A DNA stretch of 64,000 bases from Octopus vulgaris (lineage: Eukaryota), in contig OX597839.1 of NCBI GenBank assembly GCA_951406725.2, forward strand, positions 12,648,001 to 12,712,000. Direction: 5' to 3'. Positions 53,717 to 64,000 of this stretch are shown one piece after another. The translations under genes were made by a program, and so were the position numbers. The notes below the pieces were generated by a model that did no database searches, was not told where the DNA came from, and was given only the letters and a program-made list of their open reading frames with translations. Position 1 is the first letter of the stretch; each line of letters opens with the position of its first letter.

Positions 53717-54432
53717 AGGTGGAGCACACGTCTGTAGGAAAGCCTTACAAAGTGGACGCCACAAAATCACCAAGGAACATATGTTGGTCTGATACAAGGA
53801 ACGGATAATATCTATACCACTTAATTAAACCCACAGCGGGATTTTAACACGAAACGCAAAGAGCAGGAGCAAATAGCGAAATACATCCCGTCCGACACAG
53901 TAATACTTCATTTATCGACCTCGGAAGGATGAAAGCAAGGTTGACTTCAATGAGATTTGAATTCGTAACGCAAGAAGCCAGAATAAATACGGCAAGACAT
54001 ATCGTCTAACGACTCTGCCATTTACGACGAAATTTGAAAAAAAAAAAAAAAATTCTGAAAGCAAACTACGGCCATGCTGGAACACCACCTTGAAGAATGT
54101 TAGTCGAACGAATCGGCCCCAACGCTTCTAATTTTAAAGCCTGTTTACTTATTTTATCGGTTCTTTTTTTTTTTACCGAGCAGCTATGTTATGGGGACGT
54201 AAACATACCATCGCCGGTTATCAAGCGGTGGTAGGAAACACACACACACGTGTGTGTGTGTGTATACGAGGTGCGTTCAAGAAATATCCGACTTTATATG
54301 CTGCGTCAGTTTCCGGCTGTTTCGCCTAAAGTAGAGACCTGTGCGCGCTAGTCGGATTTTCGTTTCACCTAAGATGACCGAATGCATCAAGCAAAGACCA
54401 TAAACCTATGTCTCATCACCAGTATTTGAAAC

Positions 54433-54600
54433 ATCATTTACATTTGACAGATATCTGTCCTCATCCTGTTTGTTGTTAACGTTTCGTCTGATATACTCTC
54501 CAGCCTTCTTTAGCCTGAAGAAAGCTGGAGGGTATATCAGCTGAAACGTTGTGTTAACAACAAACAAAATGAGGACAAATATCCGTCAAATGTAAATAAT
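54433..54600. repeat. Imperfect palindrome of a hammerhead-bearing repeat nested in a mariner remnant
   Basis: atttacatttgacagatat...ccagccttc is the reverse complement of gaagaaagctgg...atatccgtcaaatgtaaat. Confidence 0.88.
54515..54554 (+). ncRNA. Hammerhead motif (family e) lacking the 5' strand of stem I, in a palindrome
   Basis: CTGAAGA-A-AGCTG gagggtatat CAGCT-GAAAC-GTT-GTGT; truncated just upstream of the core, at the palindrome centre. Confidence 0.6.
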
Positions 54601-55779
54601 TCCTCATCTCTCAAATATAGAACTGTACTAATATTTGATGGTCTTCATAAAGTCTGGGTCGTGGTTTCAACAGCCCAGCATTGTCCTGAGCGATTTCCAT
54701 GCCTTATTGCTTCTGCTACTACGGTGGCACCTTCGGGACGAATTTCGTCGACACTCACCGCATGCTCAAATCCTCCGTTAAAATCCTGTGTTTGTTCCCA
54801 CTTCGTGAGCAATTTCCTGGATTGCTACACGACCGTCTTCCATGACTATTCGTCAAACCTTCACAACTGGCTCCTCGTTTCGGCTTGTGGATGACCTGCA
54901 TGGGCGTAGTCTTGCTCTCCACTGAGATACAGCCATATTTGAAGCGATTGTGCCACACAATGATCTGTGTTTTCCTCATCGTACTATCAGAAAAAGCCTA
55001 TCGAATTTTCTAGATGGTTTGAGCTTCAGTATCACCAAGCTTCTGGCAAAATTCGACGCAATATCTGCTCGATGTGTTTCGTTGAAACGAAAATCCGACG
55101 AGCGTACACTCTAGGAATAACAGCTGGTAACTAACGAGTCCTAATGGCGCGAAATTTTTTTTACGCATGCGCAGAAAGGGCCACCTTCCGCCAAACGATT
55201 TTGCATACGCGGTATTAGTTTTGGCGGGAAAAACTAAAGTCGGATACTTTGTGAACGCAAATAGTATACATACACATATATACGACGAGATTCTTTGAGT
55301 TTCCCTCCACTAGATACACTCACAAGGCTTTGCTCACCCCGAGGAAAAAGCAGAAGACACCTGCCTATGTGGTTAGGAAGTAAATTCTTTACCATACAGC
55401 CAAGATTGCGCTTGCTTACAATCTTATATGAAAAAAGTAAGTTCGTATAATTTTGATCTGTTGTGCTTAGTAAGTGAGTCGCGAGTTCGATGAAAGATTA
55501 TGTTCATTGAGATAAAACTTTCTTTAAATTAAGCGTTATTAATGACATTTAACAAATGGAAAACACTCAGGCCAGCTTCAGGAAATTAACCACATTGTGA
55601 CATAATGTTTCGTCTTTTTTTATATTTTAGATGTCAGTGTAGGTTAAGAAAGATTTGATTGCTATTTCTAGCAGGTCGAGAGACCATGTAAAGGTTTCAT
55701 GTGTGGCGATTATCAACAATCTAGATATACACAGTAATGCAATGATCACGAACAGGTTATTCAATAGTTTTTTTTTAAC

Positions 55780-55986
55780 TCTTTACTCTTTTACTTGTTT
55801 CAGTCATTTGACTGCGGCCATGCTGGAGCACCGCCTTTAGTCGAGTAAATCGACCCCGGGACTTATTCTTTGTAAGCCCAGTACTTATTCTATCGGTCTC
55901 TTTTGCCGAACCGCTAAGTGACGGGGACATAAACACACCAGCATCGGTTGTCAAGCAATGCTAGGGAGACAAACACACAAACACAT

Positions 55987-56031
<45 letters not shown>

Positions 56032-56197
56032 TACGACAGGCTTCTTTCAGTTTCCGTCTACCAAATCCACTCACAAGGCATTGGTCGGCCCGGGGCTATA
56101 GCAGAAGACACCTGCCCAAGATGCCACGCAGTGGGACCGAACCCGGAACCATGTGGTTGGTTAGCAAGCTACTTACCACACAGCCACTTCTGCGCCT
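55780..56197 (-). mobile_element. tRNA-derived SINE family B (representative full-length copy)
   Basis: Head with A box gtggctgtgtgg and B box gggttcggtccc, internal (TA)/(TG) microsatellite, (GTAAAA/GAGTAAA)n tail. Other copies at about 1987-2365, 3830-4170, 9617-9722, 18163-18535, 25302-25612, 26335-26490, 32313-32460, 40935-41347, 47280-47440, 48620-48810, 50450-50710, 52679-52990, 54070-54240, 58718-59075, 59562-59943, 61130-61410. Confidence 0.88.
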
Positions 56198-56371
56198 ATA
56201 ATTAAGGGAGAAACAAACATAATGGTAATTTACATTTTTGGAAAGTGTTGTTAATGTTTACAAGTACACCGGCACGAAAAATCGACCTTTAAACATTAAC
56301 CGAAAATGTATATATCCGTCAAATTCCATAAAAGAAAAATAATGACATCCCGGTTCACACACAATCAAATG

Positions 56372-56781
56372 GGATCTTTTCGGTTTGAACGGCAGTTTTT
56401 TCTAGCGGTGTCATATGAAATTGTCACCCATAATTATGACCCTATTATCGATCTATTGCATTTCAATCTGTTCTAGGGTTAGGGGTGGGAGGAAGGGTAT
56501 CTTTTTTTCTTCAGAAATGTAAATAAACCCAATCTGTTTCTTAAACGAGGGGCATATTCATACGGCACAGAATGTTTTCACTTCAATAGACGTCATTGAT
56601 TGGTTGAAATTGCAGAAATTGAAGAAAAAACAACAAATATCTAACAAACTATAGAATTTTCTCAATAAATCCTAGAGAAAAAGAATGTTTTATAAACACA
56701 CTCTGCCAGTATACGAAGTTTAAAATTGTTTAGTTACGTGGAAATTATATTTAAAAACTGCCGTTCAAACCGAAAAGATCC
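56372..56781. mobile_element. Telomere-repeat MITE copy 11
   Basis: Both TIRs and a full body; TSD not recognisable. Confidence 0.92.
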
Positions 56782-57088
56782 GATTTATGCTATGAAAAAG
56801 TGGGTTAGTTTTAATAGTTTTCTAAATTTTTCTTCGGACTTATGTTACGCATAGTTTTGAATACTTATATCAGATGATTAAAACATACAGGATAGAGGTA
56901 AAGAATACGTACACCACCCGTTTTCGGCGTAACAAAAACCCTAAACACCTAGTGGGCGTATTCTTTACTTTCGCCAAAAATTCTCCGGTATTTTCTTTCG
57001 TGTGAATAAATGTTTGTGTTAATTTAAAAATCTGTCAGCAAAATCTTATAAAATGACAATGTTCTAAAAGATGTACATGTTTATGTTA

Positions 57089-57265
57089 GGTACTACTAGC
57101 GAACAGTGGTCCCGGTGCGCGCAGTCACGCATCCGCGCTAGCTGGTCGTAAGTAGTCGATCCTACAACGACTACCTAGCAAAGTAAATAAAACGCAAAGT
57201 AAATAATTTTTGTTAAACAAAGTAAATAAAACACAAAGTAAGGATCGACTAGTACTAGTAGTACC
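57089..57265. mobile_element. 177-bp MITE with a 9-bp TSD (Merlin- or MULE-like)
   Basis: TIR GGTACTACTAG / CTAGTAGTACC, internal inverted agtcgatcct/aggatcgact, perfect TSD TTTATGTTA. A related truncated copy lies at 52409-52580. Confidence 0.85.
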
Positions 57266-57689
57266 TTTATGTTATATATGAAAATAAAAATTTTATATAT
57301 AAATGTATTATATTGAATGAATTCAACACAAAAAAAAAATAACATTTAAAGAAATTGACTTACCCTCCAACATGTTGATCGCGAATGACTTGTTTTTGCT
57401 TTTTTTTTGTTTTTGTCTTCCTCTAAATTGCGGGGAAATACCAGATTATAATTAGAGAGAGCTAGCGTGGGTGTTTGGGGGGTTATAATCATTGGTCGAG
57501 ATTGATCTGCTGATTAAGAGTTGAACTAATTTAAATATCGATGTTTTAATGTAATTTTATTAGATGCGTATTTTAAATAATATATGGGCATTCTTTCGAT
57601 ATAACTCGACAAAGAACATTTCACGGATCTTTTCGATTTGAACGGCAGTTTTTTCTAGCGGTTTATTTTCTCTTTCTCTCTCCTTCCCC

Positions 57690-57860
57690 TGTGTGAAGGT
57701 ACATGGCTCAGTGGTGAGAGCATCAGGCTCACAATAACTAGGATGGAACGGGCTGTGTGTTGTGTTCTTGAGCAAGACACTTTATTTCACGTTGCTCCAG
57801 TTCACTCAGCTGTTGAAATGAGTTGTAACTTCACTGGTGCCAAGCTGTGTCAGTCTAGTC
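57690..57860 (+). mobile_element. tRNA-headed SINE family E (CORE-like central block)
   Basis: tgtgttcttgagcaagacactttatttcacgttgctccagttcactcagctg. Related pieces at about 6757-7000, 15640-15745(-), 22780-22920(-), 24510-24650(-), 29330-29575(-), 60470-60600. Confidence 0.7.
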
Positions 57861-58281
57861 CGAGAGAGTGGACATTTCAAAAATGGTTTTTAAAAGCCTA
57901 CTAGAGTTGAAAGTGCGATTTATTTTGTATTATCTACCAAGCTTAAATCGGTTCTTCTAATTTATGGAGACTTGAAAATAATTTTACGTGTTGTTTCTTG
58001 CCTTTTTTCCTGTTTTGTTTTTAGTTTGTTTCGGTATCGGGGTAATAAATATTACCTTTATCACTCTGATAGCTTATCACCTTTACACGGAAATTTAAGC
58101 AAATCAAAATAATAAATAAATAAAATATCACAAGAAAAAGAAAAAAAAATCTCTCTCATTCTATCACACTCACACGTACGTTAATAAATCAATCATAGCT
58201 AATCAAAATCTTGGATATGATACCATCTTTTTAATCCGAGTTTAACGTCGTGTTTTCAATGCGATTAGACATAACTTAGAA

Positions 58282-58460
58282 CAGTGCTTTTCAAACTTTT
58301 TGCTGGAGCGGAACCCCAATGAAACATTCCACTGGCTCGAGGAACCCCTGTGCAATAATTTAATAGTCTTATGCACACATATCTGCACAGGAGAATTAAA
58401 AATTACTGCCGATTTTAGCAGTTTTGTAATTTCTTGCGGAACCCTGGTTGAAAACCACTG
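58282..58460. mobile_element. hAT (Charlie-like) MITE
   Basis: TIR CAGTGCTTTTCAA / TTGAAAACCACTG; perfect 8-bp TSD ACTTAGAA. Confidence 0.9.
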
Positions 58461-59311
58461 ACTTAGAATAACGTTGTGTGCGCGCGCGCGCAACAATACA
58501 CAAACGTACATTAAGCACGTTATTAACCATGAAAATTCTGAAAGGAGATACGCCGGTAGGATACAATGAAGATAGGCGGAAGTGATGCAATAATGAATGA
58601 AGGGAATCATATATGTTAATTGTAAACAATATACTTCAAAGGTTGCCTGATCAGTGAAGTGAAAAGTATGTAAACATAGAAGCAAAGAATCGTCAAAATA
58701 TATTCGTATATTATTTAGGCGTAGGAGTGGCTGTGTGGTAAATAGCTTGCTAACGAACCACATGGTTCCGGGTTCAGTCCAACTACTATAGACTCGGGCT
58801 GATCAGAGCCTTGTGAATGGATTTGGTAGATGAAAACTGAAAGAAGCCCGTCGTATATATGTGTGTGTGTGTATGTTTGTGTGTCTGTGATTGTCCCTCC
58901 AACATCGCTTGACAACCAATGCTGGTGTGTTTACGTCCTCGTAACTTAATGGTTTAGCAAAAGGAGACCGATAGAATAAGTACAAAGAATAAGGTCCTGG
59001 GGTCGATTTGCTCGACCAAAGGCGGTGCTCCAGCATGGTCACAGTCAAATGACTGAAACAAGTAAAAGAGAGTAAGACATGAGAAAATATACACAGCAAA
59101 TTCATTTTGGCCTGCTAAATTGACATGTTCAAGCTGAGCAGAGTGTGAAAACAGATATAAGAAATTGTGTGTAGCAGGTTCACAGATTGCCACACACTCT
59201 GAAAGTTGGTGCTAAATATAAAGTTAATCCAAACAAGAAAGCACAAAAAACACAACAACGCGAGGACGTGAAACAAATATAGTATTATTGGACGCTCAGG
59301 AAAGAAGGAGG

Positions 59312-59346
59312 GTTTAACGTTTCGAGCGGAGCTCTTCGTCGGAAAC
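59312..59346 (-). ncRNA. Hammerhead motif, second copy of family a (host repeat ~59222-59403)
   Basis: Minus strand GTTT-CCGACGA-A-GAGC tcc GCTC-GAAACGTT-AAAC; perfect stem II, U4C change in the core. Confidence 0.65.
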
Positions 59347-61535
59347 ATAGGAGAAGGGAAGACAGAGGAAAAAAAATCGCCAACGGTACACACGCGGTCA
59401 CATATACTTTTTATATAACCCTTTTAGGGAAAAGTTCCTGAAGGATCAGTGGTTCTCAACAGGATATAAGATTTTGTTAAAATTTATGTGGAATGAACTG
59501 TACACAAAATATTTAAATATTTTTTTATACAATTCCTAATAATACTAAATCATAAATATATAGGTGTAGGAGTGGCTGTGTGGTAAGTAGCTTGCTTACC
59601 ATCCACATGGTTCCGGGTTCAGTCCCACTGCGTGACACCTTGGGCAAGTGTTTTCTACTATAGCCTCGGGCTGACCAAAGCCTTATGAGTGGACTCATAA
59701 ATGGAAACTGAAAGAAGCCCGTCGTATATATATATGTGTGTGTGTATATGTCTGTGTTTGCCCCCCCCCCAAACTTCGCTTGACGCTGGTGTGTTTACGT
59801 CCCCGCAACTTAGCGGTTCGGCAAAAGAGACCAATAGAATAAGTACTAGGCTTACAAAGAATAAGACCTGGGGTCGATTTGCTCGACTAAAGGTGGTGCT
59901 CCAGCATGGCCACAGTCAAATGACTGAAACAAGTAAAAGAGTAATATGATAGGAGTTTTTAGATATCAAATGCCTATATCCTGAATAAAATCGGAATCAA
60001 AGGCGTCCAAAAGTTAAAAAAAACTGGAAATCTTATAATCTTTTTAATGTTTAAGGAGAATGAAATATTATGTTTTGATCTTTATTCTTGATTTAAAATT
60101 TAAACTTCAAAATCTGCTCCAATTTAACTAAATCTAGAAGGAGTTGTCTCCCCTACCTTAACTGACCACCAATTCATGTTATCTGTATGAATTACTCTAG
60201 CTGCAATATAAACAGCACATGACATTGCTGGTGGGGCCAAGTCAGAATTTTCTGCAGGTCAAGTAGCCCAGCCTGCTCAGAAGGTCCCTAAATAAGGGTT
60301 ATTTAAGGAGGATAAACAAACGCACACATAAAATTACATGTATATCTACATTAGTAGAGATATACATACAAATATACACATATATACAAATGAAAATATG
60401 TATGCAAATACATGCTCACATAAATAAAATTCGACAGAAAGGTTTCTGTCAAAAAAGTTCCCTAAACCCCTGGCTCACGATTGTAAGCTCATGAGTTCAG
60501 TCCCCAGCGATACATTGTGTCCTTGAGCAAGACACTTTATTTCACTTTGCTCCAATCCACTCAGCTGGTAAAAATGAGTAGGGACCTGTATTTCAAAAGG
60601 CAATATTACTACTCTTTTTAACCCAAGGTAGACACCTTCTCCAGCTGGTTAACAACACAATATCTGTCCGAAATATTGCAAACAAGGGAGTGAACAACTC
60701 TGATCTAACAGGCAACAGGACCAGCAAGATATCAGATACAGATATTGCAGCATTAACCAGCTGGAGGAAGTATCCTCCTGGGGTTAAAAGGAGTAGTAAT
60801 ACTGTTTTATGCAGAACAACCATTAATTTTCAGTAGAGTTACTACTTACATCTTGCAACTTTGCTTGTTGCAAAATCAGTGGCTGTGTGCCATTTATTTA
60901 TTGGCATGGGTGGTGGCATGTAAAAGCACCCATTACACTCTCAGAGCGGTTGGCATTAGGAAGGGCATGCAGCCATAGAAAACCATGCCAAATCGGACTG
61001 GAGTCTGGTGCAACCTTCCAGCTCACCAGCCCTGGTCAAACCATCCAACCCATGCCAGCATGGACAACAGACATTTAATGTTGTGAGCTGGGATGAATGG
61101 CTGCCATTTCTTATTTCTTTATTGCCCACAAGACTGGTACTTATTTCATTCAATCTCTTTTGCTGATCCACTAAGTTATGGGAATGTAAACACACCAACA
61201 CCAGTTGTCACACAGTGGGGTAGTGGACACAGACACAAAGACACACACATATATATAGTATATGATGGGCTTCTTTCAGCTTTCACCCACAAAATCCACA
61301 ACCTGAGGCTATAGTAGAAGATATTTACCTATGGTTCCATGCTGTGGGGCTGAACCCAGAACCATATGGTTGGGAAGCAATATTCTTACCACATAGGCAC
61401 GCCAGTGCCTACTTTTGTATGACATGCTAATGACTCTGCTAGCTTGCCACTTTCTTTAAAACTGTAATATGGAAGGATACCAGAAAATAAATCATTTTGA
61501 ATAAATGAACAAGACACAGCAACTTCTATAAAAAG

Positions 61536-61541
61536 TTTATT
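61536..61541 (-). promoter_or_regulatory. Putative MVP polyadenylation signal AATAAA
   Basis: tttatt on the + strand about 520 nt downstream of the MVP stop, followed on the minus strand by a GT/T-rich tract (gttgctgtgtcttgttcattt). Confidence 0.6.
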
Positions 61542-62063
61542 GATATGAATAATACTGCAATAATATTAAATATTATAAGGAATAATTAGAAGTGTGTATA
61601 CAGTGCCATGATAGGTAAAGAAAGGTTCTATACATAGCAGCAGTAAAAATTTTTTTTAATTCCTACATATATTATATATATATATTGTAATCAATGTAGT
61701 ATGTAGTAAGAACAAATTACTCAATAGGCACTTGCAGTCTTGTAGAGCATTATATATATACATATATATATATATATATTGCCTGTAGTTACTTCAACAC
61801 CATGGTTTCAAGGTTTGTCTTTTGCTTGAGAAACTACAATGGAAGTCTGAAAACAGCTTTCTCTAAATTCCAGGATACAAGTATGTAGATATGATATGAC
61901 AGGAATTAAAGGTACTACATATATGTATGTATCTATTATGCAATATATGAAATATGATATATATATATTTGCATGCAGCATGAAAGAGCATGAGAAGAGA
62001 TAGAAACAAATAAAAAAAGAAAAACAAATGGGAAAATATGTCTCATCCAAGACATCTTGTTGT

Positions 62064-62417
62064 CTATTCTGATTCACGCTGTGATACAACGCTGGCATCA
62101 TAAGGTCTTTCTTGGCCATTGTTGATGAAACCTCCAACCATGCCTTGAGCCAAATTAAAGAGGTTGATTGGAGTGCTTCCATCTGTAATCAATGTAGACT
62201 TGATACCAAGAGATTGGAGCAGTTTCATCTGGCTCTCCTGTCCAGACACGGCAATTGCTCTCAGAGTTTCAGTACCAAGACTCTCGATCATACGCTCAAA
62301 CATCTTTATTTGAATATCACCCATCTCGGTGGTCTTGTTAACCTCGAGTGAATTCTTCTCAGCAATGTACTTCAGTTCTGCATTGCGGGCTTGAGTGATT
62401 TGGGCCAGTTTTGCCTC
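62064..62417 (-). CDS. MVP: Major vault protein, terminal coding exon (cap helix / C-terminus)
   Basis: Translation [17 protein letters not shown]...[53 protein letters not shown] matches the conserved MVP C-terminal signature ([23 protein letters not shown]). Phase-0 acceptor ttttccttaaAG at 62418-62419; stop at 62064-62066. No upstream exon recognised in the window. Confidence 0.95.
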   Translation of the reverse strand, partial: [117 protein letters not shown]

Positions 62418-63164
62418 CTTTAAGGAAAAAATAATATAAAACAATGAATATCATATACCATACTTAAATTGATTTTATAAGAAATTTAGGTTAAGAGTTC
62501 AACTCCATCAAAGACATTATGAACATACAAAAAGCTCCCTCTTCTAACAGATATAATAAAAAATCCCTTTGACCCCTTAACTGTGAAATGAAATTTCATG
62601 GTTATTCCAGTAATGATATCAAATATCTACCTGAAAATAGAATTGGTGTTTTCTGAAAATCACATTTCCCTCAATAAACTTGAGATATCATCATCATTTA
62701 ACGTCCATCTCCCATGCTGGCATGGGTTGGACAGTTTGACAGGAACCAGCCAGACAGAAGACTGCGCCAGACTTTTGTGTGTGTTTTGGCATGGTTTTTA
62801 CAGCTGGATGCCCTTCCTAACACCAACCACCCTGTAAAGTAGACTGAGTGCTTTTTACATGGCACCAGCACAGACAAGGTCAGTTCTGGCATGGTTTTTA
62901 CAGCTGGATGCCCTTTCAAATATCAACCACTTTACAGTGTGGACTGGATGCCTTTTATGTAGCAGACAAGGAATTTTTGAGAGGAGAGGTGGGGCATTGG
63001 AGGCGGTGACCTTGTGTCAGATGATGAAAGGTTTGAGTTTGACAGAAACAGGTGTCTTGCTATACATGGTTACCCAGAGAGAGAAAGAGAAAAAAAGAGC
63101 GAGAAGAAGAAAATAGAAAATTACAATTTTTAAATCTCAAATGAGATATTCAGCAACAGTACTT

Positions 63165-63675
63165 TGTAGTAAAGATTGTTTGCCAATATAACATGGCAGT
63201 CCTAGCTTAGAACTAATCTTGCTATAATTTAGCCCCAGGAGACATCGTCTCCAGCTGGCTATATGACACAATCTGTGTCCTTATATTTTCGAACAAGGGG
63301 ATCTAGTAATTACTATTTGAAAATAGTAATTTTCTAATTTATAAATCAGTGACTAGTTGTCACTTTGAAAACTATATATTTCGAATGGGAATTAGCCGAT
63401 TTATAAATCAGTGACCAGTTGTCACTTTGAAAACTATATATTTCAAACAGGAATTAGCCAAACAATTATTCTGTGCTGATGAAGGGAAATAACCCAGGAA
63501 TTGTGATACACAAATATTGTTTTGAGCTGAGTGGGGGTACTAGATTACCTTGTTAAAAAAAATAAGGACACAGATTGTGTCGTATAGCCAGATGATGTCT
63601 CCTGGAGCTAAATTACAGCAACATTAGTCCTAAACCAGGACTGCCATGTTATGTTGGCAAACAATCTTTACTACA
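63165..63675. repeat. Fold-back element (~120-bp inverted arms, ~275-bp spacer) in the MVP intron
   Basis: Arms 63165-63284 and 63562-63675 are reverse complements. The spacer holds a ~62-bp tandem duplication and a hammerhead motif. Confidence 0.88.
63472..63512 (+). ncRNA. Hammerhead motif (family f) in the MVP intron, antisense to MVP
   Basis: TGTG-CTGATGA-A-GGG aaataa CCC-A-GGA-ATTGTGAT-A-CACA: stem I TGTG/CACA, perfect CUGAUGA, GAAA changed to GGAA, stem III consistent with a CpG-decayed ATCGCGAT palindrome. Confidence 0.62.
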
Positions 63676-64000
63676 GGAAGAAAATAGTTTCAAATATGAC
63701 ATTCCCCAACAAAAGACTGGTATATAAAACTGCTTTCTGTAGTTAAAGATAATGAGATGAACAATAAATAGAGCTTTTAGATTGAACTATGAATAATGTT
63801 TTTAATAGCTTAGAGGAGGAAAGAGAAGTATCCATTATTGTTTTGTTTTTTTTTGCACTTTTGAGACTGGCAGAAGGAAAGACAGCATTTGTGGCCCTTT
63901 CTGAGCCTCTGAGATTGGTAGAAGGAAGGGAAGCAATTATCCTCAAACCAGAAATCTGTTTGCAACAGAGTTGACTCCAATAAAATACCTCATAACCATG

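Larger units (their letters stand above)
54267..55264 (-). mobile_element. Mariner-type transposon remnant with extended inverted ends
   Basis: TA-flanked TIRs cgaggtgcgttcaagaaatatccgacttta / taaagtcggatactttgtgaacgca. The minus strand encodes a decayed mariner HTH (CVEFCQKLGDT...MRKTQIIVWHNRFKYGCISVES). Confidence 0.85.

Noticed and set aside
57098-57155. GC-rich structured patch near MVP, considered as a vault RNA candidate
   Set aside because: No A/B boxes or poly-T terminator; it lies inside a TIR/TSD-bounded MITE and has a second copy at ~52425.
61808-62351. ORFs overlapping the MVP exon (61808-62182 minus, 62112-62351 plus)
   Set aside because: Alternate-frame or antisense shadows of the MVP exon and its AT-rich UTR, with no recognisable product.

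Overview
AT-rich, repeat-saturated animal DNA. The microsatellite spectrum, tRNA-derived SINEs and LINE clades suggest an octopus/coleoid cephalopod (inference). The only clear host gene is the terminal coding exon, 3' UTR and last intron of major vault protein (MVP, minus strand, from about 61.5 kb to the window end). The rest is intergenic or intronic. It holds dozens of SINEs, CR1/RTE/RLE-type LINE remnants, a Gypsy gag remnant, Tigger and mariner remnants, hAT/piggyBac/Merlin-like MITEs, and a Helitron with intact ends carrying a PIF1 fragment. Two things stand out. (1) There are eight sites with minimal type-I hammerhead-ribozyme motifs from about six different short Penelope-like/retrozyme-like repeat families; several lie in fold-back palindromes, one inside the MVP intron. 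(2) A ~410-bp MITE with 8-bp TSDs carries internal telomeric (TTAGGG)1-4 plus a G-tract and occurs about 11 times. Nearly all listed ORFs are microsatellite or SINE artefacts. Repeat boundaries were read by eye and are approximate unless a TSD or TIR is quoted.
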